64,000 nucleotides of DNA from a virus: the IMG/VR virus record IMGVR_UViG_3300042907_001269, positions 22,908 to 86,907 of that record. One strand, given 5' to 3'. Made by a program: the position numbers and the translations under genes. The notes under the pieces were generated by a model, which did not search any database, was not told where the DNA came from, and worked only from the letters and a program-made list of their open reading frames with translations. How positions within the stretch are numbered: position 1 is the first letter of the stretch; each line of letters begins with the position of its first letter. Below are positions 52,649 to 61,138 of this stretch, in pieces.

Positions 52649-52783
52649 ATGTCACAAGTCGTATATCGTGGTGTCTCTTATGACACCGAAGTTCGTCGCC
52701 AGCAACAACAGCAGGCGCAACAGCAACCCCAACAGTATAATGAGACTTATCGTGGGGTTAAGTTTGTAAAGGAGGCGAAGTGA
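52649..52783 (+). CDS. DUF4278-family (YRG motif) peptide, 44 aa, Gln-rich
   Basis: MSQVVYRGVSYDTEVRRQQQQQAQQQPQQYNETYRGVKFVKEAK, AAGGAG RBS. Not in the ORF track. Confidence 0.85.
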   Translation: MSQVVYRGVSYDTEVRRQQQQQAQQQPQQYNETYRGVKFVKEAK

Positions 52784-52881
52784 TGAAAAAACTCAACTTC
52801 CTACAACTTATCAAAGAACAAAAACAAAAAGAACAGCGTCGTCATTTAGCACAATTAGCACAACTAATCGGAGCAAAATAA
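52783..52881 (+). CDS. small basic helical peptide (32 aa)
   Basis: TGATG coupling, GGAGG RBS; MKKLNFLQLIKEQKQKEQRRHLAQLAQLIGAK. Confidence 0.6.
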   Translation: MKKLNFLQLIKEQKQKEQRRHLAQLAQLIGAK

Positions 52882-52967
52882 TGGCAAATCTCATAGTCTC
52901 AATGAGTGCCGGAATAGTTCTTTTGACTATTATTTTATCAATGTATATTCAGTGGCTTTATAAGTGA
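52881..52967 (+). CDS. small hydrophobic peptide (28 aa)
   Basis: TAATG coupling, GGAG RBS; MANLIVSMSAGIVLLTIILSMYIQWLYK. Confidence 0.45.
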   Translation: MANLIVSMSAGIVLLTIILSMYIQWLYK

Positions 52968-52978
52968 TATTTTTCTAA

Positions 52979-53015
52979 AGAGAGGATTGACAAGTCCTCT
53001 CTTTTTTTGTATAAT
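52979..53015 (+). terminator. terminator that doubles as a sigma70 promoter
   Basis: AGAGAGGA-TTGACAAG-TCCTCTCT plus a T run. TTGACA(52987-52992)-N17-TATAAT(53010-53015). Confidence 0.8.
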
Positions 53016-53036
53016 CAAAACAGAATATTAATCTAA

Positions 53037-53180
53037 ATGGATAAGGACAAACTTAAATTAATTATTCGGAATATGGAACTGCTCTTGGACGCACTCAAGG
53101 CAGAAGTATATCCAGATACTCAGCAATATAAGTATGATGATATTCGTCCAGAAGAAGTTGACTATGATGAGGTTTTTTAA
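53037..53180 (+). CDS. small cyanophage hypothetical protein (47 aa)
   Basis: MDKDKLKLIIRNMELLLDALKAEVYPD...DYDEVF. Confidence 0.65.
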   Translation: MDKDKLKLIIRNMELLLDALKAEVYPDTQQYKYDDIRPEEVDYDEVF

Positions 53181-53183
53181 CTA

Positions 53184-53348
53184 ATGTCTTTAAGAGCAAA
53201 AAAACTTGTAAAATTGTTGGAAAGATTGATTAGGCAGGACCACCTATATTCCGATGAACAACTTAAGCAAATGAAATCACAACTGCGAGTTGTAAAAGAA
53301 GAACTTGCGGAACTAGAAGCAAAAACATCAAAAGGATTTGGAAAATGA
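53184..53348 (+). CDS. small cyanophage hypothetical protein (54 aa)
   Basis: MSLRAKKLVKLLERLIRQDHLYS...SKGFGK; overlaps the thyX start. Confidence 0.65.
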   Translation: MSLRAKKLVKLLERLIRQDHLYSDEQLKQMKSQLRVVKEELAELEAKTSKGFGK

Positions 53349-54100
53349 AACCAATTAAAGCAAAAGACCTTCTTGAACTTGACCAACATATGAAAGTTGT
53401 GATGCTTCGTCAGACACAACTTCCTCAAACTCTGGTTTATCAGGGAGGTAAGAATGATTATAGTGAAGACCCCATTCATACTAAGTTTCCTCCAAGTGAG
53501 AAGGACTGTGGTAAGTGGGTGATTGAACAACTCCTGGCAAATGAAAGAGGGCACTGGGGACCGCTGGAGCACCCTGCCATTTCTCTGGACTGTGTTGGAT
53601 TCGTTCATAATGTCATCGTACAGGCACGAACTCATCGTGTTGGTGTAAGTTTTGATGTTCAGTCGCAGCGTTATACCGGTCGTCGTGTACTTAAAGTTGC
53701 CAAGGGTGAACTGAAACCTGAAGAAGTTTATTATGTGCGTCCAGAAGGTCTCTACCTGGACCGTAAAGGGCACAAGTATGAGTGGACTAGGGAAGACTAC
53801 GAAAGGCAGTTAAAGTTCTGTCTGGCAGCATCTGAGAGGTATGCTGAGGGTTACGAACAGCGTGGTATGGCAGAGGAACATCTCCGTGATTATCTTCCTC
53901 AGAATATCCGCCAGAACTTTGTAGTTTCATTCTCTCTTCGTGCCGCACTTCACTTTCTTGACCTTCGTGCTAAACTGGATGCTCAGGTAGAAATTCAGGC
54001 TCTCTGTGAAGGAATGGTTCCTGTAATGAAAGAATGGGTTCCTGAAATCTTCAGTTATTATGAGGAAAAGAGGCTTAGAAAAGCAAAACTTTCACCTTAA
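53345..54100 (+). CDS. thyX: flavin-dependent thymidylate synthase ThyX
   Basis: GHWGPLEH, QARTHRVGVSFDVQSQRY, LDLRAKLDAQVEI. Confidence 0.93.
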   Translation: MKPIKAKDLLELDQHMKVVMLRQTQLPQTLVYQGGKNDYSEDPIHTKFPPSEKDCGKWVIEQLLANERGHWGPLEHPAISLDCVGFVHNVIVQARTHRVGVSFDVQSQRYTGRRVLKVAKGELKPEEVYYVRPEGLYLDRKGHKYEWTREDYERQLKFCLAASERYAEGYEQRGMAEEHLRDYLPQNIRQNFVVSFSLRAALHFLDLRAKLDAQVEIQALCEGMVPVMKEWVPEIFSYYEEKRLRKAKLSP

Positions 54101-54125
54101 ACAAAACCTAAATAAAAATGCCTGA

Positions 54126-54193
54126 AGTTGACTGCAATCTCTACAGGTGGGAGAGGTTAAACTTCTCCCTTATAAATATTAATGCAGTCAACT
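54126..54193 (+). promoter_or_regulatory. inverted repeat enclosing a hairpin and a late promoter upstream of the endonuclease
   Basis: AGTTGACTGCA(54126-54136) and TGCAGTCAACT(54183-54193); inner GGGAGAG/CTTCTCCC; TATAAATA at 54171-54178. Confidence 0.7.
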
Positions 54194-54204
54194 AAAGAGC
54201 AGTT

Positions 54205-54939
54205 ATGGTAAATCTTAACAGATTTTATACTTATGCTTATTTGCGTGAAGATAGAACTCCTTATTATGTCGGTAAGGGAAATGGTGATAGGGTTTATAGA
54301 AAAAGATTAAAGGGGGTTAATGCTCCTAAAGATAAATCCAGAATAATCTTCCTGAAACAAAACATAACAGAGGAAGAAGCGTTCAAGCACGAGAAGTATA
54401 TGATTGCTGTCTTTGGTAGACTAGATTTAGGAACTGGTATTCTTCATAATAGAACTGATGGTGGTGAGGGAATGTGTGGATATAAACATTCTGAGGAGAC
54501 TAGAAAAAAAATTGGAGAACTTAGTAAAGGTAGAAAATGTAAAGATGAAACTAGAAAAAAATTAAGTAAAGCAAGTAAAAATAGAGTTTGTAGTGAAGAA
54601 ACTAGAAAAAAATTAAGTGCATCAAAGACTGGTAAAAATAATCCTATGTATGGAAAAGAAATGAGTGAAGAACATAAACAAAAAATAAGTGAAGCAAATA
54701 CGGGAAATAGTTCTTGTTCTTGGAATAGAGGTAAAAAAATGGATCCTTTCAGTGAAGAACATCGAAGAAAACTGAGCGAATATGCAAAAAATAGAAGTGA
54801 AGAACATAAACAAAAATTAAAAGAAACGGCAAAAGGTAGAACATCTCCTAATAAAGGTAAAAAAATGAGCGAAGAACATAAAAGAAAAATAGGTGAAGCA
54901 AATAGAAAAAGATGGGAAGAAAGAAAAAAAATAAATTAA
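54205..54939 (+). CDS. free-standing GIY-YIG-like homing endonuclease with NUMOD3 repeats
   Basis: FYTYAYLREDRTPYYVGKG...E..MI..FGR..LHNRTDGGEG, followed by repeated HSEETRKKI and SEEHKQKI. Confidence 0.85.
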   Translation: MVNLNRFYTYAYLREDRTPYYVGKGNGDRVYRKRLKGVNAPKDKSRIIFLKQNITEEEAFKHEKYMIAVFGRLDLGTGILHNRTDGGEGMCGYKHSEETRKKIGELSKGRKCKDETRKKLSKASKNRVCSEETRKKLSASKTGKNNPMYGKEMSEEHKQKISEANTGNSSCSWNRGKKMDPFSEEHRRKLSEYAKNRSEEHKQKLKETAKGRTSPNKGKKMSEEHKRKIGEANRKRWEERKKIN

Positions 54940-54975
54940 TATACCCCTAAATATTTTTGTAAATTATTATAACTT

Positions 54976-55218
54976 ATGTGCCCTACTTATAGATTTGAGA
55001 ATACGGAAACGGGTGAAATCTTTGAGAAATGGATGTATATGGCGGACAAAGACCCATATCTCAAAGAAAATCCTCACATCAAACCACTTATTCCAACACA
55101 AATGAATGTTGGTGAAGTAGGTGATTGGCGGAATAAACTAACCTCCAAGCACCCTTCGTGGAACGATGTCCTAGGTCGTGCCCAAAAGATGCCCGGATCA
55201 AAAGTACAAAAACTCTAA
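54976..55218 (+). CDS. conserved cyanophage hypothetical protein
   Basis: PTYRFENTETGE..YLKENPH..WNDVL. TAAATA at 54948. Confidence 0.7.
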   Translation: MCPTYRFENTETGEIFEKWMYMADKDPYLKENPHIKPLIPTQMNVGEVGDWRNKLTSKHPSWNDVLGRAQKMPGSKVQKL

Positions 55219-55224
55219 ACACTT

Positions 55225-55977
55225 ATGGCAAGAAGAAAAAGAGCAGAGCAACCAATCGGTGTTGATCTTACTACTCGTCAAGCAAAGCGTAAAAAACCGT
55301 TAAGTGGTGAATATCTAGTAGATATTGATCCACTTACCGAAAATCAAAAGAAACTTTTTGATTCTTATGCCAATCAAAAACATTTAGTTGCCTACGGGTG
55401 TGCCGGTACTGGTAAAACTTTTATCACCCTTTATAATGCTCTTCGTGAAGTCTTAGATGAAAAAACACCTTTTGAAAAAATCTATCTTGTTAGGTCATTA
55501 GTTGCCACAAGAGAAATTGGATTTCTTCCCGGTTCTTATGATGACAAGTCGGATATTTACCAGATTCCTTATAAGAATATGGTGAAGTATATGTTCCAAC
55601 TTTCAAATGATGTTGAATTTGAGATGCTTTATGGCAATCTTAAGTCTCAAGAAACCATTAAGTTCTGGAGTACTTCATTCCTCAGAGGAACCACGCTTGA
55701 TAATTCTATTATTATTGTGGATGAGTTCCAAAATATGTCATATCACGAACTAGATTCTATTATCACTCGTGTTGGTGAGAACTCAAAGATTATGTTCTGT
55801 GGAGATGCGTCTCAGAGTGACCTTCAAAAAACAAATGAGCGTAATGGAATCGTTGATTTTATGACAGTATTGCGTAAAATGCCATCTTTTGATATAATTG
55901 AGTTTGGTGTAGATGATATTGTTCGTTCCGGACTTGTCAAAGAATACATTATTGCTAAACTAGAAGCAGGTTTTTAA
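55225..55977 (+). CDS. phoH: PhoH-family ATPase
   Basis: GCAGTGKT, EIGFLPG, FLRGTTL, IIVDEFQN, GDASQSDL. Confidence 0.93.
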   Translation: MARRKRAEQPIGVDLTTRQAKRKKPLSGEYLVDIDPLTENQKKLFDSYANQKHLVAYGCAGTGKTFITLYNALREVLDEKTPFEKIYLVRSLVATREIGFLPGSYDDKSDIYQIPYKNMVKYMFQLSNDVEFEMLYGNLKSQETIKFWSTSFLRGTTLDNSIIIVDEFQNMSYHELDSIITRVGENSKIMFCGDASQSDLQKTNERNGIVDFMTVLRKMPSFDIIEFGVDDIVRSGLVKEYIIAKLEAGF

Positions 55978-56654
55978 TGTTTAATCATCTTGATAATGTA
56001 CTTCCTCAACTTGAAAGAGAAACGATTGATGGAGTCCGATATTATTCTGTGCCAGATGAGGACCAACTGCTGAAGTTGGTCTCCATCACTTCGGTAACCA
56101 GTCATTTTAATAAGGAAATCTTTGTCAAGTGGCGTAAGAGAGTTGGTGTAGAAGAGGCAGATAAAATCACCAAGGCAGCAACCAGTCGTGGAACTGATAT
56201 GCACACCCTGGTTGAGAACTATCTTTACAATAGAGACCTTCCTCCGGTTCAACCCATATCAGATTTTCTTTTTAAGATTGCAAAATCAGAACTGAATAGG
56301 ATTAATAATATCTACTGTCTGGAAGGAGCTCTATATAGTAAACAACTTGGTGTTGCCGGTACTACTGACTGTATTGCCGAGTTTGATGGAGAACTTGCCA
56401 TCATAGACTTTAAGACTTCTAAAAAACCAAAACCAAGAGATTGGATTGAGAATTATTTCGTTCAGGCTATGTTCTATGGAATGGCACTTTACGAGATGAC
56501 AGATATTAAAGTTAAAAAACTTGTAATTATTATGGCGTGTGAAAATGGTGAATGTGTTGTTTATGAAGAGAGAGACCTGAACAAATATATGAAACTTGTT
56601 GTGGAATATATTAAAAAGTTTGTGAATGATAAACTTGAACTAATGTCTGCTTGA
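55977..56654 (+). CDS. PD-(D/E)XK exonuclease (T4-like cyanophage exonuclease)
   Basis: SITSV, RGTDMH, AGTTDCIAE, IIDFKTS, YFVQ...Y. Confidence 0.85.
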   Translation: MFNHLDNVLPQLERETIDGVRYYSVPDEDQLLKLVSITSVTSHFNKEIFVKWRKRVGVEEADKITKAATSRGTDMHTLVENYLYNRDLPPVQPISDFLFKIAKSELNRINNIYCLEGALYSKQLGVAGTTDCIAEFDGELAIIDFKTSKKPKPRDWIENYFVQAMFYGMALYEMTDIKVKKLVIIMACENGECVVYEERDLNKYMKLVVEYIKKFVNDKLELMSA

Positions 56655-56679
56655 CTAAACGATTATTTTATTTTATAAT
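56651..56679 (+). promoter_or_regulatory. sigma70-type promoter
   Basis: TTGACT-N17-TATAAT. Confidence 0.7.
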
Positions 56680-56700
56680 ACATATTATTACTCTTAAATT

Positions 56701-57015
56701 ATGGCAAATATATTAGAGACATTTCTAGAAATTAATATAGAATCTATGGAACAAACGGAAACGAACAAAGAATTAGAAAAAGCAATAGAAGATAAGTTTC
56801 TTACTCCTTCCAAGTTTGCTTTAGAAATTGAAAAAATAGTTGCAGAAGAAAACTGCAATTATATTGATGCTATTTGTCATTATTGTGAAATCAACGGTAT
56901 TGATGTAGAATCGGTTACTAAACTAGTTTCTAAACCTCTTAAAGAAAGACTAAAGTATGATGCGATTAGTCTTAACTTTATGAAGAGAACCTCTAAAGCG
57001 AAATTGCCTATCTGA
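56701..57015 (+). CDS. gp33: late-transcription coactivator gp33
   Basis: FALEIEKIV..NYIDAI..YCE.N.ID.E....L.SKPLKERLK.DA..LNF. The start may be later (ATG at 56746). Confidence 0.85.
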   Translation: MANILETFLEINIESMEQTETNKELEKAIEDKFLTPSKFALEIEKIVAEENCNYIDAICHYCEINGIDVESVTKLVSKPLKERLKYDAISLNFMKRTSKAKLPI

Positions 57016-57602
57016 TGTCACCTTTTGAAACTTATCAAGCATATTTGGGAATCAAGAATCATTTCACCAATCCCAAATATGATTACTTTAAATATAAAAA
57101 AACAAGAGCAACACTTACATCATTTAATAAACGCAAAGACAAATATTTTTTCGAGAAAAGTTCTCGTAAATATTCGGACAAAGAAATAGTAGATTTTTTA
57201 GTATCAAACTTTATAGTAGCAGATAATCCCCAAAGCATATGGATTGGCGAAATTATCAATTCTGGAGAAAGAAACTACCAAGAATGGATGAGAAGACAAC
57301 AGAGTTTGAGTTACTTATTCAAGGAACAATCAACAGAATTGTTCTCGGAAGTAAAATTAGAAGATGCTTTGAACTGCTCCAAAGGACATCCACCAATTCT
57401 AAAAAAATTCCTGAGCGGGAAGATTTGTATTGAAACTCTGGTAATTTATGATAGAATATTCCTGTTCGGGAAACAATTTGACAAGAAACTTCTGGACCCA
57501 ATATGGGAAACCGTAAGTTTAAAAATTAAGAAGTATACGCCATTTCTAAATATTGATGTGTTTCAGTACAAGCGAATTTTGAGGGATATTATAAATGAGT
57601 AG
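57015..57602 (+). CDS. gp59: helicase loader gp59
   Basis: YL.IKNHFT..KYDYFKY, F.KRKDKYFFEK, HPPILK; located between gp33 and gp32. Confidence 0.85.
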   Translation: MSPFETYQAYLGIKNHFTNPKYDYFKYKKTRATLTSFNKRKDKYFFEKSSRKYSDKEIVDFLVSNFIVADNPQSIWIGEIINSGERNYQEWMRRQQSLSYLFKEQSTELFSEVKLEDALNCSKGHPPILKKFLSGKICIETLVIYDRIFLFGKQFDKKLLDPIWETVSLKIKKYTPFLNIDVFQYKRILRDIINE

Positions 57603-57924
57603 TTTTTTTGATTCTGAACTTATTCAGGAAGAACTAAAAGAAATTAATGAACTTCAGGAGTTTATATACAATAGTATTTTAACTTTTGGTATGATGCCCC
57701 GAGAAGACAAACTGGAACATATTGAAAAAATGACACGACTGCTTGAGAAGCAGAGAATTATGTATACCAGACTTTCTCTTTCAGATGACCCTCAGGCAAT
57801 TGAGATGAAAGAGAATCTGAGAAAGTCCGTTGCTCTGATGGGATTTCCGCCAGAGACTGATATGAGTATTCTTTTCAGTAGTATGACAAAAACCATTGAG
57901 TCGCTCAAAAAGTATCTTGACTGA
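57595..57924 (+). CDS. DUF1825-like protein
   Basis: FFDSELIQEE..LLEKQRIMYTRLSLSDDP.A. Confidence 0.75.
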   Translation: MSSFFDSELIQEELKEINELQEFIYNSILTFGMMPREDKLEHIEKMTRLLEKQRIMYTRLSLSDDPQAIEMKENLRKSVALMGFPPETDMSILFSSMTKTIESLKKYLD

Positions 57925-57945
57925 TGAGCGATTTTTTGCTATAAT
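57917..57945 (+). promoter_or_regulatory. sigma70-type promoter
   Basis: TTGACT-N17-TATAAT with an extended TG. Confidence 0.7.
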
Positions 57946-57984
57946 TATGTCTTTTACTAAATAATAATAAGCAAAAGACATAAA

Positions 57985-58485
57985 ATGTTTAACAAATTAA
58001 AAGAATTTTCTAATTACCTTATAGAAGATACTGGTAAAGTATTTTCCATATCTAAAAAAGATTATATAAATTTTTATGAAAATAATTATGGATATAATTT
58101 TGTTTCTATGAAAAATGATAATAATAAATGGGTCTCTGAATATGTGCATAGATTAGTTGCTAAATCTTTTTTAGAAAATCCAAATAATTATCCAAATGTT
58201 CTCCATTTGGACGATAATCCAAAAAATAATAATGTTAATAATTTAAAATGGGGAACACAATCCGAAAATATTTTATTGTGTTCTTTAAATGATAGAATGG
58301 CAAGACAAAATCAATATACTAAAAATCCAATAATTTGGACGCTGAAGGATCCTACGGGGAAAATTTATACTACAACAAATTTAAAGAAATTTTGTATTGA
58401 AAATAATTTAGATCAAGGTGCTATGACTTCTACCCTAAGAGGGAAGTACGGTAGAAAACAACATAAAGGTTGGACGAGGGCTTGA
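57985..58485 (+). CDS. HNH homing endonuclease (NUMOD4/HNH_3-like)
   Basis: NYLIEDTGKVFS, YVHRLVAKSFLENP, VLHLDDNPKNNNVNNLKWGTQSEN; very AT-rich. Confidence 0.88.
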   Translation: MFNKLKEFSNYLIEDTGKVFSISKKDYINFYENNYGYNFVSMKNDNNKWVSEYVHRLVAKSFLENPNNYPNVLHLDDNPKNNNVNNLKWGTQSENILLCSLNDRMARQNQYTKNPIIWTLKDPTGKIYTTTNLKKFCIENNLDQGAMTSTLRGKYGRKQHKGWTRA

Positions 58486-58510
58486 CATCCCTTTATAGAT
58501 CTTCTATAAT
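58482..58510 (+). promoter_or_regulatory. sigma70-type promoter of gp32
   Basis: Perfect TTGACA-N17-TATAAT. Confidence 0.85.
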
Positions 58511-58554
58511 AAAGTTGTTGCAAAACAAAATCCAATTTATCCAAAAAATCCAAA

Positions 58555-59463
58555 ATGAGCTTTTCGGACTTAAAAAAACAATCCAAGCTTGGTTCTCTCA
58601 CCGAAAAACTGGTGAAAGAAGTCGAAAAAATGAATAATTCTGGTAATTCTTCTGATGACCGTGTATGGAAATTGGAATGTGATAAAAGCGGTAATGGTTA
58701 TGCCGTCATTCGCTTCCTGCCTGCTCCTGATGGTGAAGACCTGCCGTTCGTTAAAGTCTATTCTCACGCCTTCCAGGGTCCTGGTGGTTGGTTGATTGAC
58801 TCGTGCCTTACCACTCTGAACCAAAAGTGCCCTATCTGTGAGCACAACTCTGGTCTCTGGAATTCCGGTATGGATTCCAATAAAGAAGTTGCTCGTAAGC
58901 AGAAGCGTAAACTGACTTATATGAGCAACATTTATGTCGTGAAAGACCCTACTAATCCTGAAAATGAGGGTAAAGTCTTTCTGTTCAAGTATGGTAAGAA
59001 AATCTTTGACAAACTCACGGAAGCGATGCAACCTGAGTTTGAAGATGAGACTCCCATCGATCCGTTTGATTTCTGGACTGGTGCCAACTTCAAACTGAAG
59101 GCAAAGAATGTTGCCGGTTATAGGAACTATGATTCCAGCGAGTTTGCTGCTCAGGGTGCTCTTCTGAATGATGATGATGCTATGGAAGCAATTTGGAAGA
59201 AGCAATATTCTCTTGCCGAGTTTGTTTCTCCTGACCAATTCAAGTCCTATGAGGAAATGAAGAAGCGTCTTGATTCCGTTCTTGGTGGAAAGTCTGCTCG
59301 TATTGATTCTGAAGTTGAGGATGAGGATGACTATCGCGGTCCTGCCCCTTCTCTGACCGAAGACCTGCGTAGCGAACTCAACAACCTGAAACCGACTCGT
59401 CCTGTTGAGGATGATGAGGATGATGATGCACTCTCATACTTTGCAAAACTTGCCGAAGACTGA
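58555..59463 (+). CDS. gp32: single-stranded DNA-binding protein gp32
   Basis: DKSGNGYAVIRFLP, HAFQGPGGW, CPICE, FKYGKKIFDK, acidic tail. Confidence 0.96.
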   Translation: MSFSDLKKQSKLGSLTEKLVKEVEKMNNSGNSSDDRVWKLECDKSGNGYAVIRFLPAPDGEDLPFVKVYSHAFQGPGGWLIDSCLTTLNQKCPICEHNSGLWNSGMDSNKEVARKQKRKLTYMSNIYVVKDPTNPENEGKVFLFKYGKKIFDKLTEAMQPEFEDETPIDPFDFWTGANFKLKAKNVAGYRNYDSSEFAAQGALLNDDDAMEAIWKKQYSLAEFVSPDQFKSYEEMKKRLDSVLGGKSARIDSEVEDEDDYRGPAPSLTEDLRSELNNLKPTRPVEDDEDDDALSYFAKLAED

Positions 59464-59476
59464 TTCATAATACACT

Positions 59477-59504
59477 AAAGGGGAGATTTTTCTCCCCTTT
59501 TTTT
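59477..59504. terminator. terminator between convergent gp32 and gp53
   Basis: AAAGGGGAGA-TTTT-TCTCCCCTTT followed by a T run. Confidence 0.8.
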
Positions 59505-60150
59505 ATGGCATCGTAATTCTTGTATTTTCGGTACGAATTAGTTTCTTATCAACATATTGAGAAGATTTATCATAATACATAATCTTTCTCATATCATTTA
59601 AATATTGCTGTAGATAATCAGGTCTCAGTAGATATATGGTTCTCTTTTCTTCATTTTTTATGGTCTCATATTCATAATTACTAATACCAACAACAGGATT
59701 TAATGTTGCCAAGTAATCGTCGGGATCTGGAATAGTAAAAGTTGAATCTACAATTTTACCCTTAGGAAGAATGAGTCTTCCATTAGCATCTTTAACTTCT
59801 GTGGTTTCATAGTGATGTATTGCATTTAAATCATCACCATAAACTTGTTCTGCATATGTGTACAAGTCTCTATTAGAAAGAGGCCATTCATCTCTTACAT
59901 TTACAATACCGGCAGTCAATAAAACTACCCAATCATAATCTGCCTTACCATAAACTTCTTCTGCAATAGTATCTGGTCTTGCACCTTCTGTAATTTGATA
60001 CTTATTAAACAGAGTGAAGACATTCTGTAAGTCATCACGAAGTTTTACACGACGAAATAGATTCTTTGCTCTTACATAATTCTGTGAAGAATTACTATCA
60101 GCAAAGGGTGATTGATATTCTAAGTCCGGAAGTTCTCTAAAGTAAGACAT
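59503..60150 (-). CDS. gp53: baseplate wedge subunit gp53
   Basis: MSYFRELPDLEY, GARPDTIA..VYG....DWVVLL, EWPLS, HHYET. Confidence 0.88.
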   Translation of the reverse strand: MSYFRELPDLEYQSPFADSNSSQNYVRAKNLFRRVKLRDDLQNVFTLFNKYQITEGARPDTIAEEVYGKADYDWVVLLTAGIVNVRDEWPLSNRDLYTYAEQVYGDDLNAIHHYETTEVKDANGRLILPKGKIVDSTFTIPDPDDYLATLNPVVGISNYEYETIKNEEKRTIYLLRPDYLQQYLNDMRKIMYYDKSSQYVDKKLIRTENTRITMP

Positions 60151-60151
60151 A

Positions 60152-61129
60152 TCAGTAACCTACTGCTTGTTTTCCAATATTGCTATTGTAATCTTCATTA
60201 TAAATTGGATTAAGTTCGGTAAAACTAACAGATAATCTCATATGAACCGGAGTTTTATCGGCATATGTTGAATATGAACCAGAAGCCGTATAATTCATAC
60301 CCATTTTCGTTAATGCACAAGGTTTAAATTTGTTTAGGTAAGGATGGTCCTTATTTCCACTCTTATATTTTAAAAGAAACACATTTGGTGCCTTAATGAA
60401 TAAACCGGCACCGGCACCAGTTCCCCCACTTTTTGGAGCCATAGATTGTTTAAAAATTCTTACAATTTCTTTAACGATATTAGATTCTTTTTCATCTCTT
60501 GGAGCAAAATCAAAGTCAAAGTCAAAAGACCTTAAATTAACACCACTGAAAAGTAATTCTAAGTTTGGATTTAAAACTTGACCCGTTGCTCTTGATAGAA
60601 GTCCTCCTGCAGATGTGTTTCCACCTAATGAATTTATTAACTCAGCACTAAAATAATTAGTGACTAAATCTTGACCACCGCCTTGGATTGCAACATTATT
60701 TGCGGTTGCTCCAATAGATTTAAGAGCATCAATAAGACCTTTTCCTAAATTCTTACTTGCAAGAATGTTTCCTACATTTGCTACTCCAAAAGCTTCAAGA
60801 GCATTTAAAGTATTGCCATTACCCCAATCAACTTGATTTGTATCTCCAATATTTGATGGTATTGGTAGTTGTATTGTTTGTTTTGGTTTTTGGTTGGATT
60901 GTTGTATTGCTTCTGTTTGAGACCTTAATTTAAGATTGTCTTGCCCTAATGTTGATTTATTTTCAACATATTCAATCACACCTATTTCTAAGTAGTCATC
61001 ATCTTTACCAATACTCTTCTGTGGATATCTAAGAGGTGCCGCAGACGAAGAAAGTTTGGCAGAAGCAGCCGCAGCAATTCTTTCCGCATTAGGTGATAAA
61101 CTTCCTGTTACATTAAATCCGTTTACCAT
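60152..61129 (-). CDS. gp48: baseplate tail-tube cap gp48
   Basis: LRYP, LPIP..I.D, NPNLELLFSGV.LRSF.F.F.FAPR, FKPCAL, FTEL. Confidence 0.85.
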   Translation of the reverse strand: MVNGFNVTGSLSPNAERIAAAASAKLSSSAAPLRYPQKSIGKDDDYLEIGVIEYVENKSTLGQDNLKLRSQTEAIQQSNQKPKQTIQLPIPSNIGDTNQVDWGNGNTLNALEAFGVANVGNILASKNLGKGLIDALKSIGATANNVAIQGGGQDLVTNYFSAELINSLGGNTSAGGLLSRATGQVLNPNLELLFSGVNLRSFDFDFDFAPRDEKESNIVKEIVRIFKQSMAPKSGGTGAGAGLFIKAPNVFLLKYKSGNKDHPYLNKFKPCALTKMGMNYTASGSYSTYADKTPVHMRLSVSFTELNPIYNEDYNSNIGKQAVGY

Positions 61130-61138
61130 TTATCTTTT

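Noticed and set aside
55977-56654. Cas4 / CRISPR-associated gene
   Set aside because: It is the usual PD-(D/E)XK exonuclease between phoH and gp33 in T4-like cyanophages, with no cas genes or array nearby.
53177-59238. Long minus-strand ORFs opposite thyX (53177..53773) and gp32 (58570..59238)
   Set aside because: They are antisense shadows of codon-biased genes with no recognisable motifs.
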